The position numbers and the translations under genes are program-made. 64,000 nucleotides of DNA from a virus: positions 7,595-71,594 of IMG/VR virus record IMGVR_UViG_3300034198_017016; one strand, written 5' to 3'. Under the pieces are notes generated by a model. It searched no databases, was not told the origin of the DNA, and saw only the letters and a list, made by a program, of their open reading frames with translations. Positions 1 through 8,428 of the stretch are shown one piece after another (the first letter of the stretch is position 1; each line of letters begins with the position of its first letter).

Positions 1-28
1 AGACCATTGCCGATAATGGTTATATAAT

Positions 29-466
29 ATGGGTTATACGATAAATAAAAAACAATATAACGAATTTATTGATTATGCATTAAAGACAGGTTTTGATAAT
101 GAAGAATCTGCAAAATGGCAACTTAAAAATTTAATTAATTTATTTAATAAATTACCTGACACAATTAAATTATATCGTTTAGTTTTTTTAAGTAAAAAAA
201 GTGATTTAAGGAAAGAAGAGCTGGGTAGTCATTATGTTTTAAATAAAAGAACATTAATTCAGAATCACTATGATAAAATGTTATATAATTATTCTGAATT
301 TGAAAATTCTAAACCATACATGATGACTGTTGAGACATCAAAAAGTAAAATAGATTTTTACGAAACTATTAGAAATAATTTAGCATATCCTAACGAACAA
401 GAAATTACGTTAAAAGATAAAGGAAAAGGAATAAAACTTATATCTTTAGACAGTTTGGTTCGTTGA
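29..466 (+). CDS. hypothetical protein, possible ADP-ribosyltransferase-like fold
   Basis: 145 aa ORF; KLYR...LGSHY...PNEQEITL resembles the R-S-ExE arrangement of ART domains. Confidence 0.4.
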   Translation: MGYTINKKQYNEFIDYALKTGFDNEESAKWQLKNLINLFNKLPDTIKLYRLVFLSKKSDLRKEELGSHYVLNKRTLIQNHYDKMLYNYSEFENSKPYMMTVETSKSKIDFYETIRNNLAYPNEQEITLKDKGKGIKLISLDSLVR

Positions 467-3151
467 TTTTTTATTTAACATATAGTTAGGATCAACCTCT
501 ATACGATCCCAAAACTCGACCTCTGACTGTTCCATACTCATAACATCTCTCTCTAAATCATCTTGATCTTCAGGATCGTTAGGAATACCTGCAACTAATT
601 CCATTTGTTTTTCCGTAAAATATGTTCTTTCTTCGGGATCATTAATTAAAATTTTATCCCTTATTTCGGGGGAAAAACAAACTAATAAAGGTTCTATTCG
701 CTTATTAAACGCGTCAATATATTTTGTTATATTATAATTTATATTTTTAGTATTCTCAAGATTATCCTTATCAACCAATACACAATTAAAAATTAATTCA
801 GTTTGACCTGTCTCTTTATTTTTCTTTGATTGCACGTCACCGTGAGATTTTTTAGTCCCTGTATTTACGTAATAAACTATATCACCCAAATTAACTTTAA
901 CATTTTCTTTAATTAAAAGTTCCATATGTGCCTGTTTAGGTAATGGATTACCTTTGATGTTTACCTCTTTGGATCTTTCAATATAGTCTTCTATTGTCTG
1001 TTTGACTTTAGATTTAGAAGCAATTTTTATTAAAGAAATTTCTTTATTAAAAATCTTATCTATGTATTCATAATATAAATCTAAAAATTCCCTACCTTTA
1101 CCTTCTAATAGATGTCTAACTCCTGTGTCAATAAATTCTTCAATATAAACTGGTAGTTTATTTGATTTTAAAGTATTACCCACAATCTTCACCTCACCAT
1201 CAATTAAGTTCGCATAATTTTTACGGGCAAGATTAATTGTTGATTCGCAATATTCGTCAATATTAAGTTCCATCACACCTTTCATATAGAGTTCATTAAA
1301 CTCGGCAATGTCGGCAGGTACACCTGTCAGTACTTCACCTTTTTTATAATTCTTGTGAGTACCTTTGGCAGTATAACTATGAGAATCAATATCAATTGGC
1401 ATAATAAAGTTAAAACCGTCAGTATCACCTACAATAGGATCATAACCTTTATCCATAAAAAATTTAATCATTAGTCTTAGATATTGACGACCCGTACAAG
1501 TAATCATTTCACCAACGTCAGTATCACCCCAAGGATAAACATCAGGGGCAGAAACAGATCCGAAATTACTATTGTTTAGAATTTTTAATGGCAACTGCTT
1601 TCTATCGTATAATTTAGCCTTTTTATTATCACCTTTCTTTTTTGCCTCTTTCATTTTCTTCTTATAAAAGGCGCGACTATCAAAAATGTATTGTAGAAAC
1701 CCTTTTAACGCCTCTGTAATATCTACGTTAGGAAATACATTATGTGTTAACTGAATAGAAGGATAAAGTGAACCGTAGTCAAACTTAACAATCCTTTCAG
1801 AATAACCAAGTTTTATTAAACGAGATAGTCCACCAGTAAATTTACGTTTAGGTTGATACGATGGAATTGCCAATCCATTCTCATATGACCAACCAAGCAT
1901 CAATGTTTTCCACAATGCGGCAGTTCCCATAGTTGAAGTTCTTTGTAGAGTGGACGGAACAATTTTAGAAAGGAGAAATGTTGCTTGATTATAAATATAA
2001 TCAATCTGTTCAGTTTCCCACAAGTCATCTAAAAGATATCGAGTAACAAGATATTCCCCTGTCACAATATTTTCATTTTCATTTAATATTTCACTACCTT
2101 CACGCTTTCTATATTGACCATTACTATCGTCCAAAATAAATTCTTCCTGTGAATTCCAAAGACCGGCAATACTTTGATGAGAAATATATATACGATTTGT
2201 TTTTGCTATACGTTCAAATTTGGTGATGTATTTCAAACCTGTTTCTTTAATATTGGAGTTGATTGCCGCCGCTCTTCTAACTGCATGCCAAATATCCATA
2301 ATATTATAACCCCACATTACTGTTTGTTCATAATATTCCATTTCGGCGCCCATTTTAAGTGTGGCCTTCTTTCTTTTAAAATCTGAATCATATTTTAAAG
2401 TACTGGCAATCCTTTCTATTTGTTCACCATGAATTGCAGTTCTTTTAATGATAAAATCCCAGTCAAAGTTTTCTGAGTTATAACCACAAATAATAGCAGG
2501 TTTAAGATCGTCAATAATTTCAAATAAACGTTTAATTCCGTCTATTTCTTTATTTTCATTTTCTATTTTTATTACTTCTTCAAAACCTTTATTATCCTTA
2601 ACACCAATTTCAAAAATATATGAATTTTCAGGATAAAGTCCTGTGGTCTCAATATCAAATGTTAGACGATGAACTTCATCATAATCTTCCATTCCCTTAA
2701 ACAAACGTTTACCTGTCTGTATTAGATACTGCTCCGTAGTGCCAATAGTTAAAAATAAATCTCTATTATCACCCGGATTTAATCCCCCACGTTTAAAAAA
2801 CTCTAATAAACGGCTATAGGACTGTGTAGTATGAACTATGTAGATATATCCATTTTCTAAACGTTCTACAGTATCTCCATCCGAATCCTTATAAGTAAGT
2901 TCTTCAATTTCAATACCATACTCCCTCATTTTGGCATTTATTTCTTTGCGATTTCCCTTATAAAGTTGTCTATAATTAAATTTTTTCATCCACAAAAATG
3001 GTTTAAATTTATGTTTTTCAATAAATTTACCGTTTTTAGGATCATGTATAATCAAATGGACATAGTTATCCATATAAGTAGATTCTACACTTACAATATA
3101 TTTTTGAGGATCACTACCTTCAAGAAACAGTTCAAATACATTTTTATCCAT
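446..3151 (-). CDS. polB: family B DNA polymerase with 3'-5' exonuclease
   Basis: ExoI TFDIETTG, ExoII GYNSENFDW, region I FDYGSLYPS, KILNNSNFG, GDTDG; start moved to ATG at 3151 because the longer start overlaps a promoter element. Confidence 0.95.
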   Translation of the reverse strand: MDKNVFELFLEGSDPQKYIVSVESTYMDNYVHLIIHDPKNGKFIEKHKFKPFLWMKKFNYRQLYKGNRKEINAKMREYGIEIEELTYKDSDGDTVERLENGYIYIVHTTQSYSRLLEFFKRGGLNPGDNRDLFLTIGTTEQYLIQTGKRLFKGMEDYDEVHRLTFDIETTGLYPENSYIFEIGVKDNKGFEEVIKIENENKEIDGIKRLFEIIDDLKPAIICGYNSENFDWDFIIKRTAIHGEQIERIASTLKYDSDFKRKKATLKMGAEMEYYEQTVMWGYNIMDIWHAVRRAAAINSNIKETGLKYITKFERIAKTNRIYISHQSIAGLWNSQEEFILDDSNGQYRKREGSEILNENENIVTGEYLVTRYLLDDLWETEQIDYIYNQATFLLSKIVPSTLQRTSTMGTAALWKTLMLGWSYENGLAIPSYQPKRKFTGGLSRLIKLGYSERIVKFDYGSLYPSIQLTHNVFPNVDITEALKGFLQYIFDSRAFYKKKMKEAKKKGDNKKAKLYDRKQLPLKILNNSNFGSVSAPDVYPWGDTDVGEMITCTGRQYLRLMIKFFMDKGYDPIVGDTDGFNFIMPIDIDSHSYTAKGTHKNYKKGEVLTGVPADIAEFNELYMKGVMELNIDEYCESTINLARKNYANLIDGEVKIVGNTLKSNKLPVYIEEFIDTGVRHLLEGKGREFLDLYYEYIDKIFNKEISLIKIASKSKVKQTIEDYIERSKEVNIKGNPLPKQAHMELLIKENVKVNLGDIVYYVNTGTKKSHGDVQSKKNKETGQTELIFNCVLVDKDNLENTKNINYNITKYIDAFNKRIEPLLVCFSPEIRDKILINDPEERTYFTEKQMELVAGIPNDPEDQDDLERDVMSMEQSEVEFWDRIEVDPNYMLNKKSTNQTV

Positions 3152-3157
3152 ACAGGA

Positions 3158-3189
3158 CAAAGATACGTATAATTTTCAAAAAAAACAAA
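3158..3189 (-). promoter_or_regulatory. Bacteroidota-type housekeeping promoter for polB
   Basis: minus strand TTTG (3189-3186), 20 nt spacer, TATCTTTG (3165-3158); matches the -33 TTTG / -7 TAnnTTTG consensus. Confidence 0.75.
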
Positions 3190-3193
3190 TAGA

Positions 3194-3556
3194 TTAAATA
3201 ATATTGATATAGAGTTCTTCTCTAATTGGAGCTTTTAAAGTTCCTGTACCATCTAAAAAATCAATTTTAAATTCACCTACAAATCTACCAGTTTTATTGG
3301 TGTCAATTGATCTCCATTTATAAACAATATAATATTCTTCAGGTATAATGTCACCACAATCCGATAATTTTTTAACCAATTGGCAAGGTCTACAAGATAT
3401 TTTTTTAGTCCCATCTTTCTCATTTATCATCGTAAATGTAATATCCGCATTTTGTATTAATTCATGAAAATGGTGATAATCGTTACGACCATCTTGAATT
3501 AATTCCACTTTCAATAATGGAAGTTCACTATCTTTTTTTATATAAAAATTCATCAT
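3194..3556 (-). CDS. putative virion structural protein (BppU N-terminal-like Ig fold)
   Basis: FYIKKDSELPLL...YKWRSIDT..TGRFVGEFKIDF...P pattern typical of baseplate/fibre-associated phage proteins. Confidence 0.5.
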   Translation of the reverse strand: MMNFYIKKDSELPLLKVELIQDGRNDYHHFHELIQNADITFTMINEKDGTKKISCRPCQLVKKLSDCGDIIPEEYYIVYKWRSIDTNKTGRFVGEFKIDFLDGTGTLKAPIREELYINII

Positions 3557-3557
3557 A

Positions 3558-5120
3558 TCAATTATAAATATCTTTTTCCGCGTTATAGTTACAACGTATT
3601 TCAGTTACGTCTAATGGAATATCATATAATCTAAATTTTTGAATTCCACCAATAAATGTACCCGCAAAATATTGTTCTAATAATAAATTTTTGTCTTCAA
3701 GGTCAGGTCCGTTAAATGTTTTACTTTCTACTAAACCTTGAGTTCCGCCACCAATTGAGATATTGTATGGGACACCCTCTACTTTGTATTTTGATTCGTC
3801 AAAATCTCTAAATAAAACCTCATCAAAATTATGGACAACAAATTTTAAATATCCGTTAACAAAAAACAATAATTTCCCTTTTCTAAAATTAGGATATGGT
3901 GGATATTTCTCACTTTCAACACAATCTAATTTAGAATCTCTTTTAAAAACTATTGTTACGTGTGTCCATACGTTATCTTGAACCATTCCACTTATTGAAT
4001 ATTCTTCCACAATGCTAATACCAGAAACTGAAGTGCCAGTAATTGCCACACAACAATCTCTACAATTTGCTGTATAAACTATTTTTCTGTATCCTATAGA
4101 ACCATCATCCTTTATTCTAAAACCTAAATTATTATCGATTATATCGGCTTCAGGATCTTTATTATAAATTGTTATTGCACTAATTGATTGACATTCTGTT
4201 TTTGCAGTACTGACCGAAAAACCATTTATTTTTAAATAGTCACAACTACCATTACAACCCATAGAACCACAACCGCCACATGGGTCACCACAATCTCCAT
4301 ATACGTCGTATGGGTCAAAACAAGGTTTAGTGTCCCCTGTAACTACGTTTTGTGTTTTAGGTGAACAACTAGCACAACTACAATTATTGTATAAAAACGA
4401 ATTTTTATCTAATGGGTCATATACTCTAGGTATAGGTGTAATAGTTGTCAAACCATCACAAGTGGTATATCCACTTTCACCTGAAAATAAATTCCAAAAC
4501 TTATTTTCTGCACGAGCACCTAAATAAAAGAAAAATCCTTTATTATTAGGATATGTCTCATTTAACGTGCTTGAGTTAGTACAATTATCTCCTTTATTCA
4601 ACCAAAATTCTACAGTCCATCCAGATTCATTTCTTTTGGGTAAAACTTGATAATCAAATCCTTGTAACTTCCAAAAACCTTGAAAGAATCCTCCACATAA
4701 ATTTATAAAATTACCTGAAGAACCACTTAATAACGACCAATCATAATTAAATGTTTCACCCGAAACATTTTTTAAAAATAATCTACAATCACCACTAAGT
4801 ATATTAAGAGTTTCTCCTGTTATATTTGTAGTAAATCCATTATCTATTCCTGTAAGACCAATATCACATAACGTTAATCCGGATACAGGTAATATAGATT
4901 TGTCCCAACAATTTAAACTAAAAATTGTATTTCCTGAAATACAATTAGGATTATTAAAATCAAAATACGATATTAATGATGAACCCGATATTATTGAATT
5001 ACAATATAAAACTTCTTTGTTAAATAATCTTTCATCGTAACATAAAAATAAATCCCAATAATCACTATTGGTTAATTTTATATCTAAATTATTAAAATAA
5101 TAGTTTTTTATGTTACTCAT
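3558..5120 (-). CDS. Cys-rich putative virion protein with LamG/concanavalin-like segments
   Basis: GWTVEFWL, WTHVTIVF, LLFFVNG, FIGGIQKFRLYDIPL are LamG-like strands; probable start MSNIK at 5120, adjacent to the upstream stop. Confidence 0.6.
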   Translation of the reverse strand: MSNIKNYYFNNLDIKLTNSDYWDLFLCYDERLFNKEVLYCNSIISGSSLISYFDFNNPNCISGNTIFSLNCWDKSILPVSGLTLCDIGLTGIDNGFTTNITGETLNILSGDCRLFLKNVSGETFNYDWSLLSGSSGNFINLCGGFFQGFWKLQGFDYQVLPKRNESGWTVEFWLNKGDNCTNSSTLNETYPNNKGFFFYLGARAENKFWNLFSGESGYTTCDGLTTITPIPRVYDPLDKNSFLYNNCSCASCSPKTQNVVTGDTKPCFDPYDVYGDCGDPCGGCGSMGCNGSCDYLKINGFSVSTAKTECQSISAITIYNKDPEADIIDNNLGFRIKDDGSIGYRKIVYTANCRDCCVAITGTSVSGISIVEEYSISGMVQDNVWTHVTIVFKRDSKLDCVESEKYPPYPNFRKGKLLFFVNGYLKFVVHNFDEVLFRDFDESKYKVEGVPYNISIGGGTQGLVESKTFNGPDLEDKNLLLEQYFAGTFIGGIQKFRLYDIPLDVTEIRCNYNAEKDIYN

Positions 5121-5121
5121 T

Positions 5122-5835
5122 TTAGAATGAATTAAATTTACTTCTTCTCCATGTATTAGGTGAAACACATAAATACATGTAATCACCATCCCATATTATA
5201 TCACCAGTTGAACCTGAATAAGAAGATGAAGGAGGGGCAGATCCTTGTTTTATAGTTAATTTGTCTGTTTCTATTCTACCTTCGACTTTTAACCAAGTAG
5301 TACTACCGCTTTTCATATAATACCAATCGTAAGTTCTTGCAGATAAAGGTAAAACGTAATTTGTTGAACAAATTCCCGAAAAAGTACCACCACTTATCGG
5401 ACCAATATAACCAAAAACTACTACATTAAAATTAAATTCTACACCACTAAATGTTATATCAAAACTATTATTATCGACTAAAACAGTTTCTATTGGTACA
5501 AAATAGGACGATATAAAATCATATGGTCCGTAATAATTTTGATCAGTTATTATGGGTAAATTTGCAGTTATTGAACTATATATTACGGGTATATTGTAGT
5601 AAGTTGTAGATCCTGTAGTACCAGTAAAATTAAAAATTACACTTGTGGGTATTAAAGTTACATTAGTATAACCTGAGGTGTTATAATCCACCCCTTTTTT
5701 CAAATCGGAATAAGATTGACCTAAGATAGAATATTGTAAAGTGTTAATTGACCCCGAAAAGGTAGTTTCGGTGTTCTCGTTTTGTTTTATTTGACGATCA
5801 TTTGATAAATCTACCCTAGTTAAAAAAGTTTTCAC
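5122..5835 (-). CDS. putative virion fibre/decoration protein
   Basis: S/T/G-rich; C-terminal GDIIWDGDYMYLCVSPNTWRR motif typical of phage fibre proteins; GTG start; upstream TATTTAT. Confidence 0.55.
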   Translation of the reverse strand: MKTFLTRVDLSNDRQIKQNENTETTFSGSINTLQYSILGQSYSDLKKGVDYNTSGYTNVTLIPTSVIFNFTGTTGSTTYYNIPVIYSSITANLPIITDQNYYGPYDFISSYFVPIETVLVDNNSFDITFSGVEFNFNVVVFGYIGPISGGTFSGICSTNYVLPLSARTYDWYYMKSGSTTWLKVEGRIETDKLTIKQGSAPPSSSYSGSTGDIIWDGDYMYLCVSPNTWRRSKFNSF

Positions 5836-5847
5836 GATATTTGTTTA

Positions 5848-5890
5848 TTTTCTTAATAAATATGAAAGATAAATATATTTATTAAGAAAA
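5848..5890. promoter_or_regulatory. 16-bp perfect inverted repeat containing divergent TATTTAT motifs
   Basis: TTTTCTTAATAAATAT (5848-5863), 11 nt spacer, ATATTTATTAAGAAAA (5875-5890) between divergent genes. Confidence 0.7.
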
Positions 5891-5896
5891 ATTACA

Positions 5897-6589
5897 ATGC
5901 AAAAGAAAAAAATAGAGCATTTAATTTCTAAACATTTACCAAAAATGGGTAAAATGAAAACTCCAATAGGACTTTTAAAGTCATTGACTGAAAAAGTATC
6001 TAAAGATATTGGATTTGACGTAAGTTTAGATGAAGTAAAGAAATGCTTAAAAAATATGAAATTAAATGGGTTTTCAGGATTAGATGAATTTATTGACGAT
6101 AATGGATCTTTTATAAGTGGAGATTATAATCCTAATAAAAGAGAAACATTTGTAGGTATAAATAGACCTGAAACATCGAGAGAATTTGCAATGTTTACTG
6201 CACAGGGACCTAGATACTATTATACTCCACACTATGGTGCGTCAAAAATTTATACAAGAGAAAGTATTGCAGAAAACAAGATGAAAAGTATGATTGAAGA
6301 TTTGGTGAAAAACAAAACTTCAGATTATGATGTTATGTCAAAAGACATCTCACAAAATGATATGTCAACAAATATTATACCGGATCTATCTACATTAAAA
6401 AGTGAATATCAAAAACCAATTATTTCAAGAAAAGCTAAATATTTGGGAGATATGATGGAAAGAGAAGGTGTTAGTGGAGAAGAAATCGCAATAGTTATAA
6501 ACCATTTACTTTCTACAATAGATGTTGAAAAAATACCTTCAAATTATAAAAAAATATTAATTAACAAGATATTAAATGTCAAATTCTAA
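5897..6589 (+). CDS. hypothetical protein
   Basis: 230 aa ORF, first gene of a co-directional run after a TATTTAT motif. Confidence 0.7.
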   Translation: MQKKKIEHLISKHLPKMGKMKTPIGLLKSLTEKVSKDIGFDVSLDEVKKCLKNMKLNGFSGLDEFIDDNGSFISGDYNPNKRETFVGINRPETSREFAMFTAQGPRYYYTPHYGASKIYTRESIAENKMKSMIEDLVKNKTSDYDVMSKDISQNDMSTNIIPDLSTLKSEYQKPIISRKAKYLGDMMEREGVSGEEIAIVINHLLSTIDVEKIPSNYKKILINKILNVKF

Positions 6590-7007
6590 ATTAATGGGTA
6601 AAAAATTTGGTGTCCCACCTGAATTACAAGAATTTACAGGGGATGCCACTATTTCTTATTCGATGTTAAAAAAATTAAAAAATTTTTTTGATTATCATGA
6701 TGAAAAACATCCATTATATAATAAAAGAGGAGGTAAAAAAATGCACGAATTTATCGAATCTACTTTAAGTGGTCAAAGAAGAAAAGTTAAACTTAGTGGT
6801 GATTTAAAATCTGAATTTACTCCTGGCGAAAATGGACATAAAAAAACACATACTAAAGATAGACAAACTGTAAACCCTACCGCAAGTGGAGGTATACCTA
6901 AAGTTCATAAATCTACTACACATAAAAAATTATATAAAGGTGAAATGGTGTATGAGCAAGAAATAAAAAGAATACAAGAATTAATAACATATAAAAGTAT
7001 AATTTAA
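6576..7007 (+). CDS. hypothetical basic protein
   Basis: 143 aa, Lys/His-rich, overlaps the upstream stop; C-terminal YEQEIKRIQELI. Confidence 0.7.
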   Translation: MSNSKLMGKKFGVPPELQEFTGDATISYSMLKKLKNFFDYHDEKHPLYNKRGGKKMHEFIESTLSGQRRKVKLSGDLKSEFTPGENGHKKTHTKDRQTVNPTASGGIPKVHKSTTHKKLYKGEMVYEQEIKRIQELITYKSII

Positions 7008-7018
7008 AAATAAAAAAC

Positions 7019-7327
7019 ATGAAATCAAAATTATCACAAATTGCCGATGTGGCAAGAAAAGATTTGGAAGTAAAAAGTACCTATCAGTTTAATGGTAGCA
7101 ATAACTACTCTGCTAGACACCCTAACGCGTTAGCAAATCAAAGTGCACCTGATGACCCTAGTAATATTAAGGGTAAAGGAATTGAAGGACCAGTAGGTGC
7201 CGATGGAGCCGGTGGTCACTATGATATCTATGGTAATGGATTAGATATGGCTTCAGGTAGAATAGGGAATTTAGTAAAAAATCAATATACAAGAGATCAA
7301 CCTTATCCGTATACTAATATTCAATAA
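7019..7327 (+). CDS. hypothetical protein (possible virion protein)
   Basis: 102 aa, Gly/Asn-rich, higher-GC codons like highly expressed genes. Confidence 0.65.
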   Translation: MKSKLSQIADVARKDLEVKSTYQFNGSNNYSARHPNALANQSAPDDPSNIKGKGIEGPVGADGAGGHYDIYGNGLDMASGRIGNLVKNQYTRDQPYPYTNIQ

Positions 7328-7719
7328 TGAACCTTTACTCTATATTTTCCGAACTTATATTAGAGGCAGTAGGTAAACCTAGAATTGCCAAGGCGATAGA
7401 AAATCATGAAGTAGTGACAATTTACTACAAAGGTGATGATACTATTAATCCCGGTTTTAGAGATATTGAAGTTTATACTTTAGGTATTTCTAAGGCAGGA
7501 AATCCTGTAATAAGGGCTTGGCAAAGAAGAGGAGTTACTGACACTGAAGTGCCTGGTTGGAAAATTTTTAGAACCGATAAAATAACGTATTGGAAACCTA
7601 AAGAAGGTAAATTTTTTAGCAAACCAATATCGAGTAGAAAAAAAGGAGTACCTAAATTTAACCCAAATGGGGATAAAACTATGGCTAGAGTAGATAAAAT
7701 TGCAAAATTTAAAAAATAA
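7327..7719 (+). CDS. stand-alone WYL-domain protein
   Basis: AIENHEVVTIYY...RDIEVYTLG...IRAWQ...WKIFRTDKI fits the WYL (SH3-like) pattern; no HTH domain. Confidence 0.75.
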   Translation: MNLYSIFSELILEAVGKPRIAKAIENHEVVTIYYKGDDTINPGFRDIEVYTLGISKAGNPVIRAWQRRGVTDTEVPGWKIFRTDKITYWKPKEGKFFSKPISSRKKGVPKFNPNGDKTMARVDKIAKFKK

Positions 7720-7723
7720 TATT

Positions 7724-8308
7724 ATGGATGCAAATAAATTAAAAACAATTCTTTCTGGTGCAAGAGCAGTTATGCAAGCGGTAGATAGTGGTAATTACCA
7801 AAAAGGTAATATTGATCCCACAATGTTAAGTGCGGGTTCTGATTCAAATAATTTAACTGAAAATATCTCTTCAGAATATGAACAACCTGTTATGGTATCG
7901 CAACAAAATAAACAAATGCCATATAGAAATTTACATACAACAAAAATGCCAAAAGAAATTGTTCAAGCAATGATCGAAAATCCAATCCCAATTCCCGATA
8001 GTCCGTATCATACATTTGAATTAAATGAAGATTTTTTAAGTGAAATTAATCCCGAATCAGTAACTAAAAAACCGCAACAAAGAACAACAAATGCGGCACA
8101 AAGATTGGCTGAAAATAAAAGAAATTCGACAATTGGACTAACAGAAGATGAAGTTAGAAATATAGTTAGACAGGAAATGGAACAAATAATTTATGAATAT
8201 TTTGATAAAAGAGTGATTAAAGAAGATATTCAAATAAAAGTAGGAGATACCATTTTTTCGGGTAAATTAAGTCCTTTACCCAGTAAAAAAGTTGTAAGAA
8301 AAAAATAA
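7724..8308 (+). CDS. hypothetical protein
   Basis: ORF; ATG at 7724 preferred over the overlapping TTG start. Confidence 0.7.
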   Translation: MDANKLKTILSGARAVMQAVDSGNYQKGNIDPTMLSAGSDSNNLTENISSEYEQPVMVSQQNKQMPYRNLHTTKMPKEIVQAMIENPIPIPDSPYHTFELNEDFLSEINPESVTKKPQQRTTNAAQRLAENKRNSTIGLTEDEVRNIVRQEMEQIIYEYFDKRVIKEDIQIKVGDTIFSGKLSPLPSKKVVRKK

Positions 8309-8329
8309 AATTTTAATTATTTAATAAAT

Positions 8330-8352
8330 AAACCCCTAAATGGGGTTTTTTT
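8330..8352 (+). terminator. rho-independent terminator
   Basis: AAACCCC-TAAAT-GGGGTTT followed by a T run after the 5897-8308 run. Confidence 0.75.
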
Positions 8353-8428
8353 ATTTATACTATTCACTAATTAAAATATTTTGACTATTATTTTATTAAA
8401 TAATAATAAAAGAAAATAATAAAATGAA

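Noticed and set aside
446-3151. Intein or intron in polB (also checked terL and clpC)
   Set aside because: Motifs are contiguous at normal spacing with no Hint signatures
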